Source of the DNA: a virus
Taxonomy: Duplodnaviria > Caudoviricetes
IMG/VR virus record: IMGVR_UViG_3300030100_000462
Span: 1 to 33,898 of that record
Direction: 5' to 3' (one strand)
DNA: 33,898 bases
Part shown: piece after piece, positions 15,475-26,522 of the stretch
Numbering within the stretch: the first letter of the stretch is position 1
Layout: every line of letters begins with the position of its first letter
The notes under the pieces: generated by a model
Databases searched by the model: none
What the model was told of the DNA's origin: nothing
The model's input: the letters and a program-made list of their open reading frames with translations, nothing else
Translations under genes and position numbers: made by a program

Positions 15475-16854
15475 ATGGCAATACCATTTTTAAATCACTT
15501 AGACTTACGAAATGTATCAGAGCTGCAAAACGCAATCTTACATAAAACAACCCAGGCCTCTGCATCAAACGTAGAAGGTAAAATAATATATGACACTGGG
15601 ACGAACACTATAAAATATAACACTGACGGTACTAATAGCGGTTGGATTTCTCTTACAGGAGATACAAACACATTTAGAACTGTTCAAGCAGATGGTTCTG
15701 CAATTGGCTCTACTGAAACATTAAATTTAATTGGTGGTGATAATATAACATTATCTGAATCAGGTGGTGCTATTACAATTACAGGTGCTGCTGCAATGGC
15801 GTTCCAATTAGAAGATGGAGACGGCACTGAAGTTACAATAAACAATGGCAAAGAAGTTAAGTTTGTTGAGGGCGGCGGTATTGATATTGATTGGACAGAT
15901 ATTACTACTGGTTCTGATAGTGACCCTTATGATTTAACATTTACAAATACAGACAAAGGTTCTTCTCAGAATATATTTAAAACAGTTGCTACAAACCCAG
16001 CACACAGTGGCTCACTTACTTTTGCGTCAACTCAAAATTTAGTAGCGGACAGTAATAATGATACTTTAAAATTATTTGACGGTACTGGTATTAAAATTGA
16101 AGGTGCTACTACCGATGATATAGTTAGAATAAGAATTGCAACTGGCGGTGTTGATACAGCACAATTAGCTGATGACGCTGTTGATGGCGATAAGATTGCT
16201 GATAACGCTTTAAACTCAGAACATTATACTGATGGTTCTGTTGATAACGTACATTTAGCAAATTCTAGTATTACTATTAACGGTTCAGATATATCATTAG
16301 GCGGTTCTGTATCTACGCCAAATACTGATACAAAACAAACAATAAGCAACGATACTACAAATGCTGATAGATTTGTTACATTTGTTACAAATGCTACAGG
16401 TGCTCAAACAGGTAAATCACAAGCTGATTTTAAATATAATCCTAGTACAGGTACATTAAAAGTAACAAACTTAGAAGTTTCTGGAACACAAACAATACAA
16501 AATGAAACTGTACAAGTTGTAGAAAATAACACAATATTATTTGAAGGTGCTACTGCTGATGATTTTGAAACTAAACTTACAATTGAAGATCCTACAGCAG
16601 ATAGAACAGCAACTATTCCAAATGCTTCTGGTACTGTTAACTTAGGTTTTTCAACAACTGTAGGCGGTGCAACAACTGCTGAAGTAACACATAACTTAAA
16701 CTCAAGAAATGTTATTGTTCAACTATTTGATAGTAGTAGCTATGAAACTGTTAATGCTGATGTAGTTAGAACAACAGTAAATACAGTAGACTTAACATTC
16801 GCGGCGGCTCCAGCAAGTGGAGACATTACAGTATTAGTTACAAGAGTAGCTTAA
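15475..16854 (+). CDS. Tail fibre / fibre-associated structural protein
   Basis: G/T/D-rich; LADDAVDGDKIAD repeats, FEGATADDFET.L...DPTADRT.T.PNA motif and a C-terminal VTHNLN module. Confidence 0.75.
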   Translation: MAIPFLNHLDLRNVSELQNAILHKTTQASASNVEGKIIYDTGTNTIKYNTDGTNSGWISLTGDTNTFRTVQADGSAIGSTETLNLIGGDNITLSESGGAITITGAAAMAFQLEDGDGTEVTINNGKEVKFVEGGGIDIDWTDITTGSDSDPYDLTFTNTDKGSSQNIFKTVATNPAHSGSLTFASTQNLVADSNNDTLKLFDGTGIKIEGATTDDIVRIRIATGGVDTAQLADDAVDGDKIADNALNSEHYTDGSVDNVHLANSSITINGSDISLGGSVSTPNTDTKQTISNDTTNADRFVTFVTNATGAQTGKSQADFKYNPSTGTLKVTNLEVSGTQTIQNETVQVVENNTILFEGATADDFETKLTIEDPTADRTATIPNASGTVNLGFSTTVGGATTAEVTHNLNSRNVIVQLFDSSSYETVNADVVRTTVNTVDLTFAAAPASGDITVLVTRVA

Positions 16855-16875
16855 AAAATAAAATAAAATAACCGT

Positions 16876-19800
16876 ATGGCGAGAAAGTTTTTGAATGGAG
16901 TACAGTCGTACTTTAATAATTCCAACTATTCTTTACTCGGCCATGACTCATTAGATGTCGTGGGCGGAGACCTAAAATTAAAAAGAGCAGGTTCTACAAA
17001 GCTTACATTAGGGACCAGTACGTCAACTTTTGCAGGTAATATTGCAGTAGGTGGTGATTTGATGCCAAGTACAGATGGTGGTGGATCTTTAGGTAAAGGT
17101 AGTGGTACCAATTTAAGATGGAATGGTATAGAATTACAAAGCGGAGCGGGTATACAATGGCAAAATGGTGATGCTAGAATTATAGAAGGTTTAGTTAATA
17201 ATTATAGTTTATCCTTCCAAACATATGATGGCTCTTCAATGTCTACAGCATTAAGACTAGAGGGTAATAACAATGCAATTTTTTTAGGTAATGTAGGAAT
17301 TGGAAATAATACTCCAGCTAAGACATTAACAGTTGATCTTAATAATACAAATACAACTGTACTGACAGGTAGCGGCTTATCAGGCGGCACTGCCGGTTCT
17401 GGGTTATTAATACTAAATGCAGCAGCAGATTCAGCTGGGTTATATGCTAACTTAGATTTTAGAGCATTTAATGCTGATGGTAGGATTGCTTATGTGTATA
17501 ACGGAACTAATGATGGAGATTTTCATTTTATAACTGACAACGGAGCTAATCCTCAAACAAGACTTTTTATTAAAAATGATGGTAAGATAGGTATTGGAAC
17601 TAGTAGTCCTCAAGAAAAACTAGACATTTCAGCAGGTAGTATTAGATTAGATAATAATCAAAGAATAACTTGGGCAGATGCAGATGCAAACGTAGGGCGT
17701 GTCAGAATAACTGGAAACGAATCTAGTGATTTTATAACATTTGTTACAGACAACGCTGAAAAGATGCGTTTGACGAATACTGGATTAGGTATTGGAACAA
17801 CAAGTCCATCTTCCCCATTACATGTTTATGATACATCCAGTGATAGAATTGCAGTATTTGAATCAAATGATAATAAAGCATTTATACAAATATCAGATAA
17901 TGACACAACAGGTTATGTTAGTTCAGAAAATGGATTATTCAGTTTAGGTAGAAATGAAGGTGTTAATGCTAATAATATTAATATAAATGCGTCTAATAAC
18001 GTAGGTATTGGAACTACTTCGCCTAGTGAAAAATTACACATATTGGGTAGTACTAATACAAGCGTAAAAGCATTAATTCAAAATAATAGTACAGGAACTA
18101 ATGCTTATGCTACTTTAGGATTTCAAAGTAATCAAAATCATTCAGTTCACCCTGGGTTATTTTTAACCGGTTCTAATAATACTAATTATGCTGGCACAAA
18201 TTCATTAAATATGTATCAGCATGGTAATTTTCCTTTAGGATTTGTTACTAGTAATCAAATAAGAATGACAGTTACCGGCGCTGGTGATGTTGGTATAGGA
18301 ACTACTTCACCTTCTACACAATTACATTTAGCCAGCGCTACTGGCCCAAGAATAACATTAGAAGATACAGATACTAGTGTAGGAATTAATTCTATAATTG
18401 CAGATATATCATTTGTAGGCGGCGAAATAGGAGGCGAAACTGCAAGGATTGGCGCTGTATCGGAAACAAATGACGGCGAGGCTGGGTTAAGATTTTATAC
18501 TGGATCTTCTGTTTCAGAAAGACTTCGAATAGATAGAGTTGGTAGGGTAGGTATTGGTGTAACTCCTTCATATGATTTTCATCTTCAATCAAGCGGTGCA
18601 CCAACTAAAGTATTTATTGAAAATGACGGCTCTAACCAAGCTAGTGTAGATTTAAAAAATGACGATAGACACGTTAGACTTATAACTGATTCAAACCATG
18701 CTTTTAGAATTTTTGATCAAACTGCAACTGTTGATAGATTTAAATTAGATAATAGCGGATTTATAAATATTCCTAATGCCTATATCACATTAAAAAATAT
18801 AAATAATCATGCCCAACTACTAGCATCTAGTAGTAGCTTAATGATAGCAGCTACCAACATACAGGCTCAAGGTAATTTAATACCTGATGGCACTGGTAAC
18901 CGTAACTTAGGTGCGTCTAATAGATATTGGGCAGAAACATTCACAAATGGCGTTACAAGCGGTGGCAATATTGTTATTAATTCAAATACACCTGTTCTTA
19001 CATTAGGTGTTATTAATAGTTCAACTGGTAATGCTAAAATTCAGCTTTATAGTAAAAATAGTGGGGCATCAAATGGTTACGCTTTACAATATAATAAAGA
19101 TACTGGTATTGATAGACTAGAATTTATTGACGGCAGCGGTAATGCTAATATTAAATTTAATAATGGCGGTGCTGCAGAATTTGCGGGTAGCGTAACAGCA
19201 ACACAAATCAATACAGGACAAGGTGCTACAGAGGTTCATTTAATGAATCAAAATCTTAGAACAACTGATGATGTAACATTTGATGATTTAACAGTTACAG
19301 GTAACTTTACTGTTACAGGTACTGTAAACACTGTTAGCTCTACAAATTTAGTTGTGCAAGATAAAACAATAACAGTTGGTAAAAATCAAACTGAGTCTGC
19401 ATCTGGAGGCTCGGGATTAATTGTAGACGGATCTGGTGCAAGTATACTCTGGGATGAAACTAATGATTCATGGGATTTTAATAAAAAAATAGATGTTGCA
19501 GACCATATTAATTTAACGGACGGCAAACATTTATTATGGGGAGGTAATGCCATAGTAACACATACAGGTAGCGCAACACAAATTGGAGATAATAGTTCAG
19601 GTAGTGTGTTAACTATTGCAAGCGGTAATTCAAGCTTTACAGGCCATGTGAATGCTGCAAATGGATTTAGAATGGATTCAGGCCAAGCAATAGATTTTAT
19701 AGATACTAATATTGGTTTTAATTCTATAGAAAGAAATACGACAGTAGGTGGTTTACAAATAAACACTGGTGATTCTGCGTCAATGAATATATTAGATAAT

Positions 19801-21300
19801 GGTAGAGTTGGTATTGGCACCAATGGCCCAGAATCTAAATTACATATAATAGACGGTGATTCGTCAGTACAATTACGATTAAATCAAACTGGTGATAATG
19901 ATGCTGTTCTTGGTTCAGGTACTAACTTTTTCCAAATAAAAACAGGTAATGGGGGTAATTCTGCTGCATTAGCAATCATGCATAGTAATCAAAATGTTGG
20001 GATAGGTACTACATCACCCGCTGTAAAATTGCATGTTGATGGTTTTGCAAGATTAAACGGAGGTTTACAATTAAACCAAAATGGTGCTGTTCAAATATAT
20101 CAAATACAGAATAATGATTTAAGATTCGGTACAAATAATACCGAAAGAATGCGTATACTTTCTGACGGTAAAGTTGGTATAGGAACTACTACCCCTCAAA
20201 GAGAGCTGGAGGTTAGAAATTCAAGCGGAACAGGTTTTGGATTAATTTCTGGAACAACTGGAGCAGAACTAAGATTTAGACCTACTAACTCTTATTCAGC
20301 AAATGGAAATTTTGGTATAGAAGTTACCGGAACAACAAGTTCACCATTTACTACTACAATGAATTTTACAGGTTTTCATAGTAATGAAACTACTGTAATG
20401 ACATTAAAAGGTGATCAAAAAGTTGGTATTGCTACAGCTTCCCCTACAGCTCCTTTAACCTTTGGTAAATCTGTTTATGGTGCATTTGATTCTGAAGATT
20501 TTTATAGAATAAAATTTCAAGACCAAGGCGGTATTCATAACGACGTTGGTATTGGCCAAACTGCTTCTGGGAGTATGGGCTTTAATATTACGGCTGGTAA
20601 TTCTTTTATTTTTAATAATGGAACTTCAGGTGAAATAGCAAGATTTAATGGCACAGGTTTGGGTATTGGAACTAATAATCCTGGTGCAAAATTACAGGTT
20701 AATGGCTCAACAAGCAATACATCCGCAAATGCGTTTATCGCGCGTAATAGTTTAGGAACAAGTTTATTTAGTATTAGAAATGATGGTAGAGTTGACGTGC
20801 CAAATGGTGCAATTGTTCATGCTGGCGGTGGTTATGCAAATACATCAACAAATGATTCTTATTTTACTGGTAAGTTAGGTATTGGAACTACTTCGCCCCA
20901 AACAAATACAAAACTAGATGTTAACGGAGCAATAAGAGCTGGTGGAAAAACATCATGGAGCAATAGAAGTGGATTGCCATTAACAACAACAGGTAGAGTT
21001 GTTGCGGGAATAACCGGCAACGCAAGTGGTAATGGTGCATCTGCATTATATATATTTACTTGTTATGGCGGTAGCGGTTATCAAAGAATAGTTTATTCAA
21101 TTATAAATGTTGGAGGAACTTGGCAGTGCCACAAAGATATTGATGAAGGTCAAAATGTTTTTGATGTTGTTGCTTCAACTCCATCATCTGGGTCTGCAGT
21201 AACATTTACATTTAAAGCTAGATCATCAAATCAATCTTTTACGGCAAGCGTATTTATAGAACATTTAGGACATAATTTAGACACTCAATACGTATCATAA
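16876..21300 (+). CDS. Long tail fibre with about 12 GxVGIGTxxP repeats
   Basis: Recurrent (G/N)xVGIGTxxP...L(H/D)(V/I) units; G/S/T/N-rich. Confidence 0.85.
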   Translation: MARKFLNGVQSYFNNSNYSLLGHDSLDVVGGDLKLKRAGSTKLTLGTSTSTFAGNIAVGGDLMPSTDGGGSLGKGSGTNLRWNGIELQSGAGIQWQNGDARIIEGLVNNYSLSFQTYDGSSMSTALRLEGNNNAIFLGNVGIGNNTPAKTLTVDLNNTNTTVLTGSGLSGGTAGSGLLILNAAADSAGLYANLDFRAFNADGRIAYVYNGTNDGDFHFITDNGANPQTRLFIKNDGKIGIGTSSPQEKLDISAGSIRLDNNQRITWADADANVGRVRITGNESSDFITFVTDNAEKMRLTNTGLGIGTTSPSSPLHVYDTSSDRIAVFESNDNKAFIQISDNDTTGYVSSENGLFSLGRNEGVNANNININASNNVGIGTTSPSEKLHILGSTNTSVKALIQNNSTGTNAYATLGFQSNQNHSVHPGLFLTGSNNTNYAGTNSLNMYQHGNFPLGFVTSNQIRMTVTGAGDVGIGTTSPSTQLHLASATGPRITLEDTDTSVGINSIIADISFVGGEIGGETARIGAVSETNDGEAGLRFYTGSSVSERLRIDRVGRVGIGVTPSYDFHLQSSGAPTKVFIENDGSNQASVDLKNDDRHVRLITDSNHAFRIFDQTATVDRFKLDNSGFINIPNAYITLKNINNHAQLLASSSSLMIAATNIQAQGNLIPDGTGNRNLGASNRYWAETFTNGVTSGGNIVINSNTPVLTLGVINSSTGNAKIQLYSKNSGASNGYALQYNKDTGIDRLEFIDGSGNANIKFNNGGAAEFAGSVTATQINTGQGATEVHLMNQNLRTTDDVTFDDLTVTGNFTVTGTVNTVSSTNLVVQDKTITVGKNQTESASGGSGLIVDGSGASILWDETNDSWDFNKKIDVADHINLTDGKHLLWGGNAIVTHTGSATQIGDNSSGSVLTIASGNSSFTGHVNAANGFRMDSGQAIDFIDTNIGFNSIERNTTVGGLQINTGDSASMNILDNGRVGIGTNGPESKLHIIDGDSSVQLRLNQTGDNDAVLGSGTNFFQIKTGNGGNSAALAIMHSNQNVGIGTTSPAVKLHVDGFARLNGGLQLNQNGAVQIYQIQNNDLRFGTNNTERMRILSDGKVGIGTTTPQRELEVRNSSGTGFGLISGTTGAELRFRPTNSYSANGNFGIEVTGTTSSPFTTTMNFTGFHSNETTVMTLKGDQKVGIATASPTAPLTFGKSVYGAFDSEDFYRIKFQDQGGIHNDVGIGQTASGSMGFNITAGNSFIFNNGTSGEIARFNGTGLGIGTNNPGAKLQVNGSTSNTSANAFIARNSLGTSLFSIRNDGRVDVPNGAIVHAGGGYANTSTNDSYFTGKLGIGTTSPQTNTKLDVNGAIRAGGKTSWSNRSGLPLTTTGRVVAGITGNASGNGASALYIFTCYGGSGYQRIVYSIINVGGTWQCHKDIDEGQNVFDVVASTPSSGSAVTFTFKARSSNQSFTASVFIEHLGHNLDTQYVS

Positions 21301-21301
21301 T

Positions 21302-24300
21302 ATGGCAGAAATTAAAAAAATAGCAACACAATTACAACCACTAGATAAATTATTAGATTCAAGTGGAGACTCAGGTTCATCTGGCCAAATATTAAGCTCT
21401 ACAGGTACTGGTACTAATTGGATTACACTTACTGGTGTTCAAACAACTGGGGCTACATTTAGTGGTAATATAGTTTTAGATGACAATTCAGGAGCTTCAC
21501 CTAATATACAGTTTGTAAATGGAGCTAATGCGTCTTGGTTTATTTATAACGATAGTAATGGTAAGCTTCAAGTACAACAATCTTCAGATATTAGAGCTAC
21601 TTTTAGTAGTGGTGATTTAGAAGTAAGAACACCATTAAAGGTTTCTGCTGGGGCTGTGTCAATATCAAGCGATGGAGCAAACTATGTAACATTAACAGAA
21701 AGTGGTTCTGGTGATTTTACAATAGATGCAGCAGATGATATTAGATTAGACGCAGGTGGTGGTGATCTAGTTTTAAGAACTTCAGGAACTGAATATGGTA
21801 GAATTAGTTCTTTTTCAAATAATTTAAGATTAACTTCTTCTGCTGCAAATGCAGATATTCTATTAAATCCTAATGGTGATGGTGATGTAACAATATCAAG
21901 TCATGTTGCTATAACAGGTGCTGCACTACACACATATCATCAATTCCAATCAGACCCTGTATCATCATCAGATGGTAATAATTTATTTAGTATTGGTGGT
22001 CATGGTATGGCAGCTGGGTACTCTAGAAATATATCTATATTTTCTACAACACAAGGAGTATGGAGATCATGGGTTGGTACTAACTTAAGGTTTGATGGTA
22101 CTAATTATAAAAGAGCAAGTAATGCATTAAACAATAACTGGGGTAACGTAGCAGGTATAGAGTTTAAGGGTGGAAGTAATAGTACTGATAAAACAATTAC
22201 TTTTTACGTAGATGAACCAGAAAATGCATCAGGAGGTGGTACAGACAGTACAGTAGGTACATCTATACCTTCAGCCTGGAGAGCATTACAGATAGACAAT
22301 AATAGAAGGTTATATGGATATGGTAATATGTACTTGGGTGGTTTTAGTTACTTTGGTTCAGCATTTTATTCTCAATCTAATACAGCATTTTATTTAGATC
22401 CTGATGGCACCAGTCTTCTAAATGCTGCAACTTTTTCAGGTGATATATTAGTAAATACTGCAACATCAGGTAGATATATTCAAATTGATCATAGTGATGA
22501 TAGTTTAAAATTAGCTGATGGTAATAGAATAAAAATAGGTACTGGCAATGATCTTCAGTTAGTACACGATGGAAGCAATTCATTTATTCAAGATGTAGGT
22601 ACAGGTAATTTATTTATAGAAGCCGTATCATCTATACAATTTAGAAAATATAATACTGCTGAATTTATGGCTAAGTTCATAAATGATGGCGCAGTATTAC
22701 TTTATCATGACAACTCAAAAAAGTTTGAAACTACAAGTGGCGGAGTACAAGTTACAGGAAGCACAACAATAATAGGAACTAATACATTTTTAATAGAATC
22801 AAATAATACAGCAGCTACATTTAATTTAAATAGTAGCACAAGGGGCTTTAATTTTATAAATAATAATGCAACGCTGCTAAGCCTTGCTAGTGATGGTGAT
22901 GCAACTTTTGAAGGCAATGTTTTAGCTAAAGATAGATTAACAGTAGGTCAAAACACAGTTAATGGTAGTTTTGGTTTATACTCTGCTGGTTCTTTTGGAG
23001 TAGGAGGCAACGCAACTTTTACAGGTGATGTAAGCATAGCAGGTGATTTAACAGTTAATGGCACAACTACAACTGTTAATCAAACTAATTTAGATGTATC
23101 AGATAATATTATAGGTTTAAATAGAGGCGCTTCATCTAACGCAAATGATTCAGGCATTATAATAGAAAGAGGTTCAACCGGTGATAATGCGGCATTTTTA
23201 TGGGATGAAAGTGAAGATAAATTTGTTTTTGGATTAACAACAGCAACTCCTTCTGCTACTGGTAATGTTGCTTTATCTGATTTTAGAGGAATAAAAACAG
23301 GACCTATAACTGTTTCAGGTTCCATAACTGCTTCAGGTAATGTAACAGCTAATGGTACTACTTTAACTGGTGATCAAGATATTTCTGGAATAGCAACAAA
23401 CGCTACAGCTATTTCAGGCAAGTTATCTAAGTCAGGTGATACTATGACAGGTGACTTAACTATTGATAGAAGCGGAGATAATATTAGCAATATTCATCTT
23501 AGAAGAGACACAAATAGTGATTCAACTATAATTGCAGATGTTAATTGGCTTAGCACAACAGCGCAAGGCACAGATGATAGACTTGCTATAATTAGAACAA
23601 GTACACAAGGAGGCACTTCAGGCAGTAGGGGTGGTTTAATGTCACTATTTACTAGGTCAGCAAATTCTTCAGGTTTCAATCAAACTACATTTAATCACGC
23701 TGGTAATTGGTCATTTCCAGGTGATATATCTGTTGTTGGTACAGTTGATGGTGTAGATATATCAGGTTTACCCACATTTACAACAGTTGGTACTAATTTT
23801 GCACAACTAGGCAATGTAAGCGTTGCCTCTTACATAAGAATAAACGCGGATGAAACTTTATCATATTTAAATGCCGCACAATTTTTAAGTGCTATTGGTG
23901 GCTTACCAAAAGCCGGTGGTACTATGACTGGTGATATTATACTAAATGATAATATAAAAGCTAAGTTTGGAACTAGTGGTGATTTTACAATACATCATAA
24001 CGGAACTGTATCAGCAATAAATAACGCAGTTGGTCATATACAAATATATCAAAACGCAGATGATAAAAATATTGAGTTTTATTCTGATGACGCTAGCGGT
24101 GGCGTTACAAGATATTTTTTCATAGATGGGCAAAATAAAAGAGTAAAAGCTCAAGAAGTATTTACTCTTACAGACACTAGTTCTTTAAGAGTTGGTAGCA
24201 ATGAGCATGGGCAATTATTTACAAGCGGTAATAATACAATATTAAAACAAGTAATTTCAGGAGATATTCAAATTAGACAAGAGGCCGATGATGCTGATAT

Positions 24301-25957
24301 TAAGTTTTTCTCTGATGATGGTTCTGGTGGAGTAACTGAATACTTTAAGTTAGATGGCTCTGCTGTATTTACTAGATTTAGTAAAAATGCTAGATTTTCT
24401 GACAATGTAAGAGCTGAGTTTGGTGATTCAGGAGATTTAGATATTTATCACGATGCAACAGATTCTTTTATTGAAAACAATACAGGTAATTTAAATATTG
24501 TAAATTATAATGATGATAAAGACATAGTCTTTAAGTCTGATAATGGTTCTGGAGGAATAGCTACATATATGAAGATTGATGGCGGATCTGAAAATGTACA
24601 GTTTGCAAAATCTGTTTTTTTATATGATAATGTATTTTTAAACATAGGCGGTAGTTTTGATTTAAGATTATATCACGATGGTAATTCAAATATAAAAGCA
24701 CAAGGTTCTGGTAATTTAATAATTGCTCAAACAGTAGATGATGCTGATATTTCTTTTAAATGTGATGATGGTTCTGGCGGTATAACAGAATACTTTAGAG
24801 TAGATGGTGGAACTGAAAGAATAGAAAGTTCTAAATCATTTAGATTTGCAGATGGCGCAAGAGCTCAGTTTGGGGCTTCTAGCGATATGCAAATATATCA
24901 CGATGGTACTGATAGCACAATAACTAATGCAGCAGGTGATTTAATTATAAGTAATGATGCTAATGATGGTGATATTAAATTTGTAAGTGATGATGGATCC
25001 GGCGGAACAGCTACATACATGTTCCTTGATGGAGGTAATACTAGAGTACAATTTAATAAAGATGCAAGATTTGTTGATAGTGCAAAAGTTATGCTTGGTA
25101 CTAGTGATGATTTAAAAATATATCATAATTCAGTTGATTCATATATAGAAAATTTTACCGGTGAATTAAGAATAATGAGTGATGATTGGGCATTAAGAAG
25201 TTTGACGCATCAAATAATAGGTTATGATACAAGTGATGATTATGTAAAATTTAGTAAAGACGCGCGATGGACTGATAATGAAAAAGCACAATTTGGTGAT
25301 AGCGCTGATTTGTCAATATATCATGACGGAAGTAATAGTTATATAGACGAAACTGGAACTGGTAATTTATATATTAGGTCTGGTAATTTTTATTTACAAA
25401 CTGATACTAATGAAAACGCTGTTGTAGGTTTATCAAGTTCAGAAGTACAACTTTTCCATAATGGTAATGAAAAATTTGCTACTAAAAGTGGTGGAGTACA
25501 AGTTACAGGAACTATAACAGCATCAGGGAATATACTAGATAGAAGTATACCTTGTATTATAAATACTGGTTGGGGAGATGATAGCTCAACTACTTCTAAT
25601 ATATTGGTTCCTTTAGGAAATACTGTAGATGATGTTAGTGCAGGAGCAAAGGATGGCGAGCACACATTTGTTGCGCCTTATGCAGGTAGAGTTGTAAGAA
25701 TAATAATGAAAAATACTAATGGCTCTTTAAGTACTGGCTTCACAACAGAATTAAAATACTATAAAAACGGTGTTAGCACAGCAACAAGTGGAGAATTATC
25801 TGCATCTAGCTCAACTATAAATTGGTTTCCAAGCTCAAATAATACTTTTGCCGCTGGTGATGAAATTAATATAATGTATCAAAAAAGTGCTGGAGGCAAA
25901 TATTGGAGAGAAGTTTCAATGACAATAGTAATAGAATTAACAGATTACGATATATAA
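21302..25957 (+). CDS. Long tail fibre/adhesin with tandem ~75-aa repeats
   Basis: Five tandem (S/C)D(D/N)xSGGxxxY units and about 8 FGxxxDLxIYHDGxxSxI-like units. Confidence 0.85.
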   Translation: MAEIKKIATQLQPLDKLLDSSGDSGSSGQILSSTGTGTNWITLTGVQTTGATFSGNIVLDDNSGASPNIQFVNGANASWFIYNDSNGKLQVQQSSDIRATFSSGDLEVRTPLKVSAGAVSISSDGANYVTLTESGSGDFTIDAADDIRLDAGGGDLVLRTSGTEYGRISSFSNNLRLTSSAANADILLNPNGDGDVTISSHVAITGAALHTYHQFQSDPVSSSDGNNLFSIGGHGMAAGYSRNISIFSTTQGVWRSWVGTNLRFDGTNYKRASNALNNNWGNVAGIEFKGGSNSTDKTITFYVDEPENASGGGTDSTVGTSIPSAWRALQIDNNRRLYGYGNMYLGGFSYFGSAFYSQSNTAFYLDPDGTSLLNAATFSGDILVNTATSGRYIQIDHSDDSLKLADGNRIKIGTGNDLQLVHDGSNSFIQDVGTGNLFIEAVSSIQFRKYNTAEFMAKFINDGAVLLYHDNSKKFETTSGGVQVTGSTTIIGTNTFLIESNNTAATFNLNSSTRGFNFINNNATLLSLASDGDATFEGNVLAKDRLTVGQNTVNGSFGLYSAGSFGVGGNATFTGDVSIAGDLTVNGTTTTVNQTNLDVSDNIIGLNRGASSNANDSGIIIERGSTGDNAAFLWDESEDKFVFGLTTATPSATGNVALSDFRGIKTGPITVSGSITASGNVTANGTTLTGDQDISGIATNATAISGKLSKSGDTMTGDLTIDRSGDNISNIHLRRDTNSDSTIIADVNWLSTTAQGTDDRLAIIRTSTQGGTSGSRGGLMSLFTRSANSSGFNQTTFNHAGNWSFPGDISVVGTVDGVDISGLPTFTTVGTNFAQLGNVSVASYIRINADETLSYLNAAQFLSAIGGLPKAGGTMTGDIILNDNIKAKFGTSGDFTIHHNGTVSAINNAVGHIQIYQNADDKNIEFYSDDASGGVTRYFFIDGQNKRVKAQEVFTLTDTSSLRVGSNEHGQLFTSGNNTILKQVISGDIQIRQEADDADIKFFSDDGSGGVTEYFKLDGSAVFTRFSKNARFSDNVRAEFGDSGDLDIYHDATDSFIENNTGNLNIVNYNDDKDIVFKSDNGSGGIATYMKIDGGSENVQFAKSVFLYDNVFLNIGGSFDLRLYHDGNSNIKAQGSGNLIIAQTVDDADISFKCDDGSGGITEYFRVDGGTERIESSKSFRFADGARAQFGASSDMQIYHDGTDSTITNAAGDLIISNDANDGDIKFVSDDGSGGTATYMFLDGGNTRVQFNKDARFVDSAKVMLGTSDDLKIYHNSVDSYIENFTGELRIMSDDWALRSLTHQIIGYDTSDDYVKFSKDARWTDNEKAQFGDSADLSIYHDGSNSYIDETGTGNLYIRSGNFYLQTDTNENAVVGLSSSEVQLFHNGNEKFATKSGGVQVTGTITASGNILDRSIPCIINTGWGDDSSTTSNILVPLGNTVDDVSAGAKDGEHTFVAPYAGRVVRIIMKNTNGSLSTGFTTELKYYKNGVSTATSGELSASSSTINWFPSSNNTFAAGDEINIMYQKSAGGKYWREVSMTIVIELTDYDI

Positions 25958-25960
25958 GAT

Positions 25961-26455
25961 ATGGGATATTGGGAAAATTTAAACACGGATAATTTAAATA
26001 TTAAAACAAACGGTAAAATTAGATACGTAAACGGAGGCTTGCAATTAGTTCCATGGATGGAAACTACAGATGATCCTATATATGTAGGTTGCATTCATGA
26101 TTTATTAAAAATGGATTGGGCACATTATAAATTATATTTAGTTGGTGGCCTTTTACAAGGATGGAAAACAACTGATATAGATATTTGTATAACAGGTGAA
26201 ATTGATAATAATTTACCAATTTTAATGCAAGCCGCTGAAGAATTAGGGCCTTTTGAAATGTATTATGTTAAATCTTTAGATGATATAAAAGGTACGGGCA
26301 GTAGAGTGTGGGAATTTGCGAAGCATAAAGACAGAACACACCCTTCAGCAGCAAGAAGACACGGGCAATGGAAACAAGATGGTATGTTTTGGATGTGTGA
26401 AAAATTTGATCCTAAAGGTAGAACTTACGATAAAGAGCCTCTAGCATTAAATTAA
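25961..26455 (+). CDS. Nucleotidyltransferase-like protein (Pol-beta superfamily)
   Basis: LYLVGG-x8-DIDI matches the hG[GS]...DhDh signature. Confidence 0.55.
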   Translation: MGYWENLNTDNLNIKTNGKIRYVNGGLQLVPWMETTDDPIYVGCIHDLLKMDWAHYKLYLVGGLLQGWKTTDIDICITGEIDNNLPILMQAAEELGPFEMYYVKSLDDIKGTGSRVWEFAKHKDRTHPSAARRHGQWKQDGMFWMCEKFDPKGRTYDKEPLALN

Positions 26456-26522
26456 TAAAAGTAAAAATTACGTAAAATACGTAATGATATAAACATAGTA
26501 ATAACAATTAAAATTAAATTTT

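Noticed and set aside
16926-25665. Antisense ORFs and near-identical short nucleotide repeats in the fibre genes; possible DGR target
   Set aside because: Explained by protein-level repeats; no reverse transcriptase and no TR/VR pair differing at adenines was seen.
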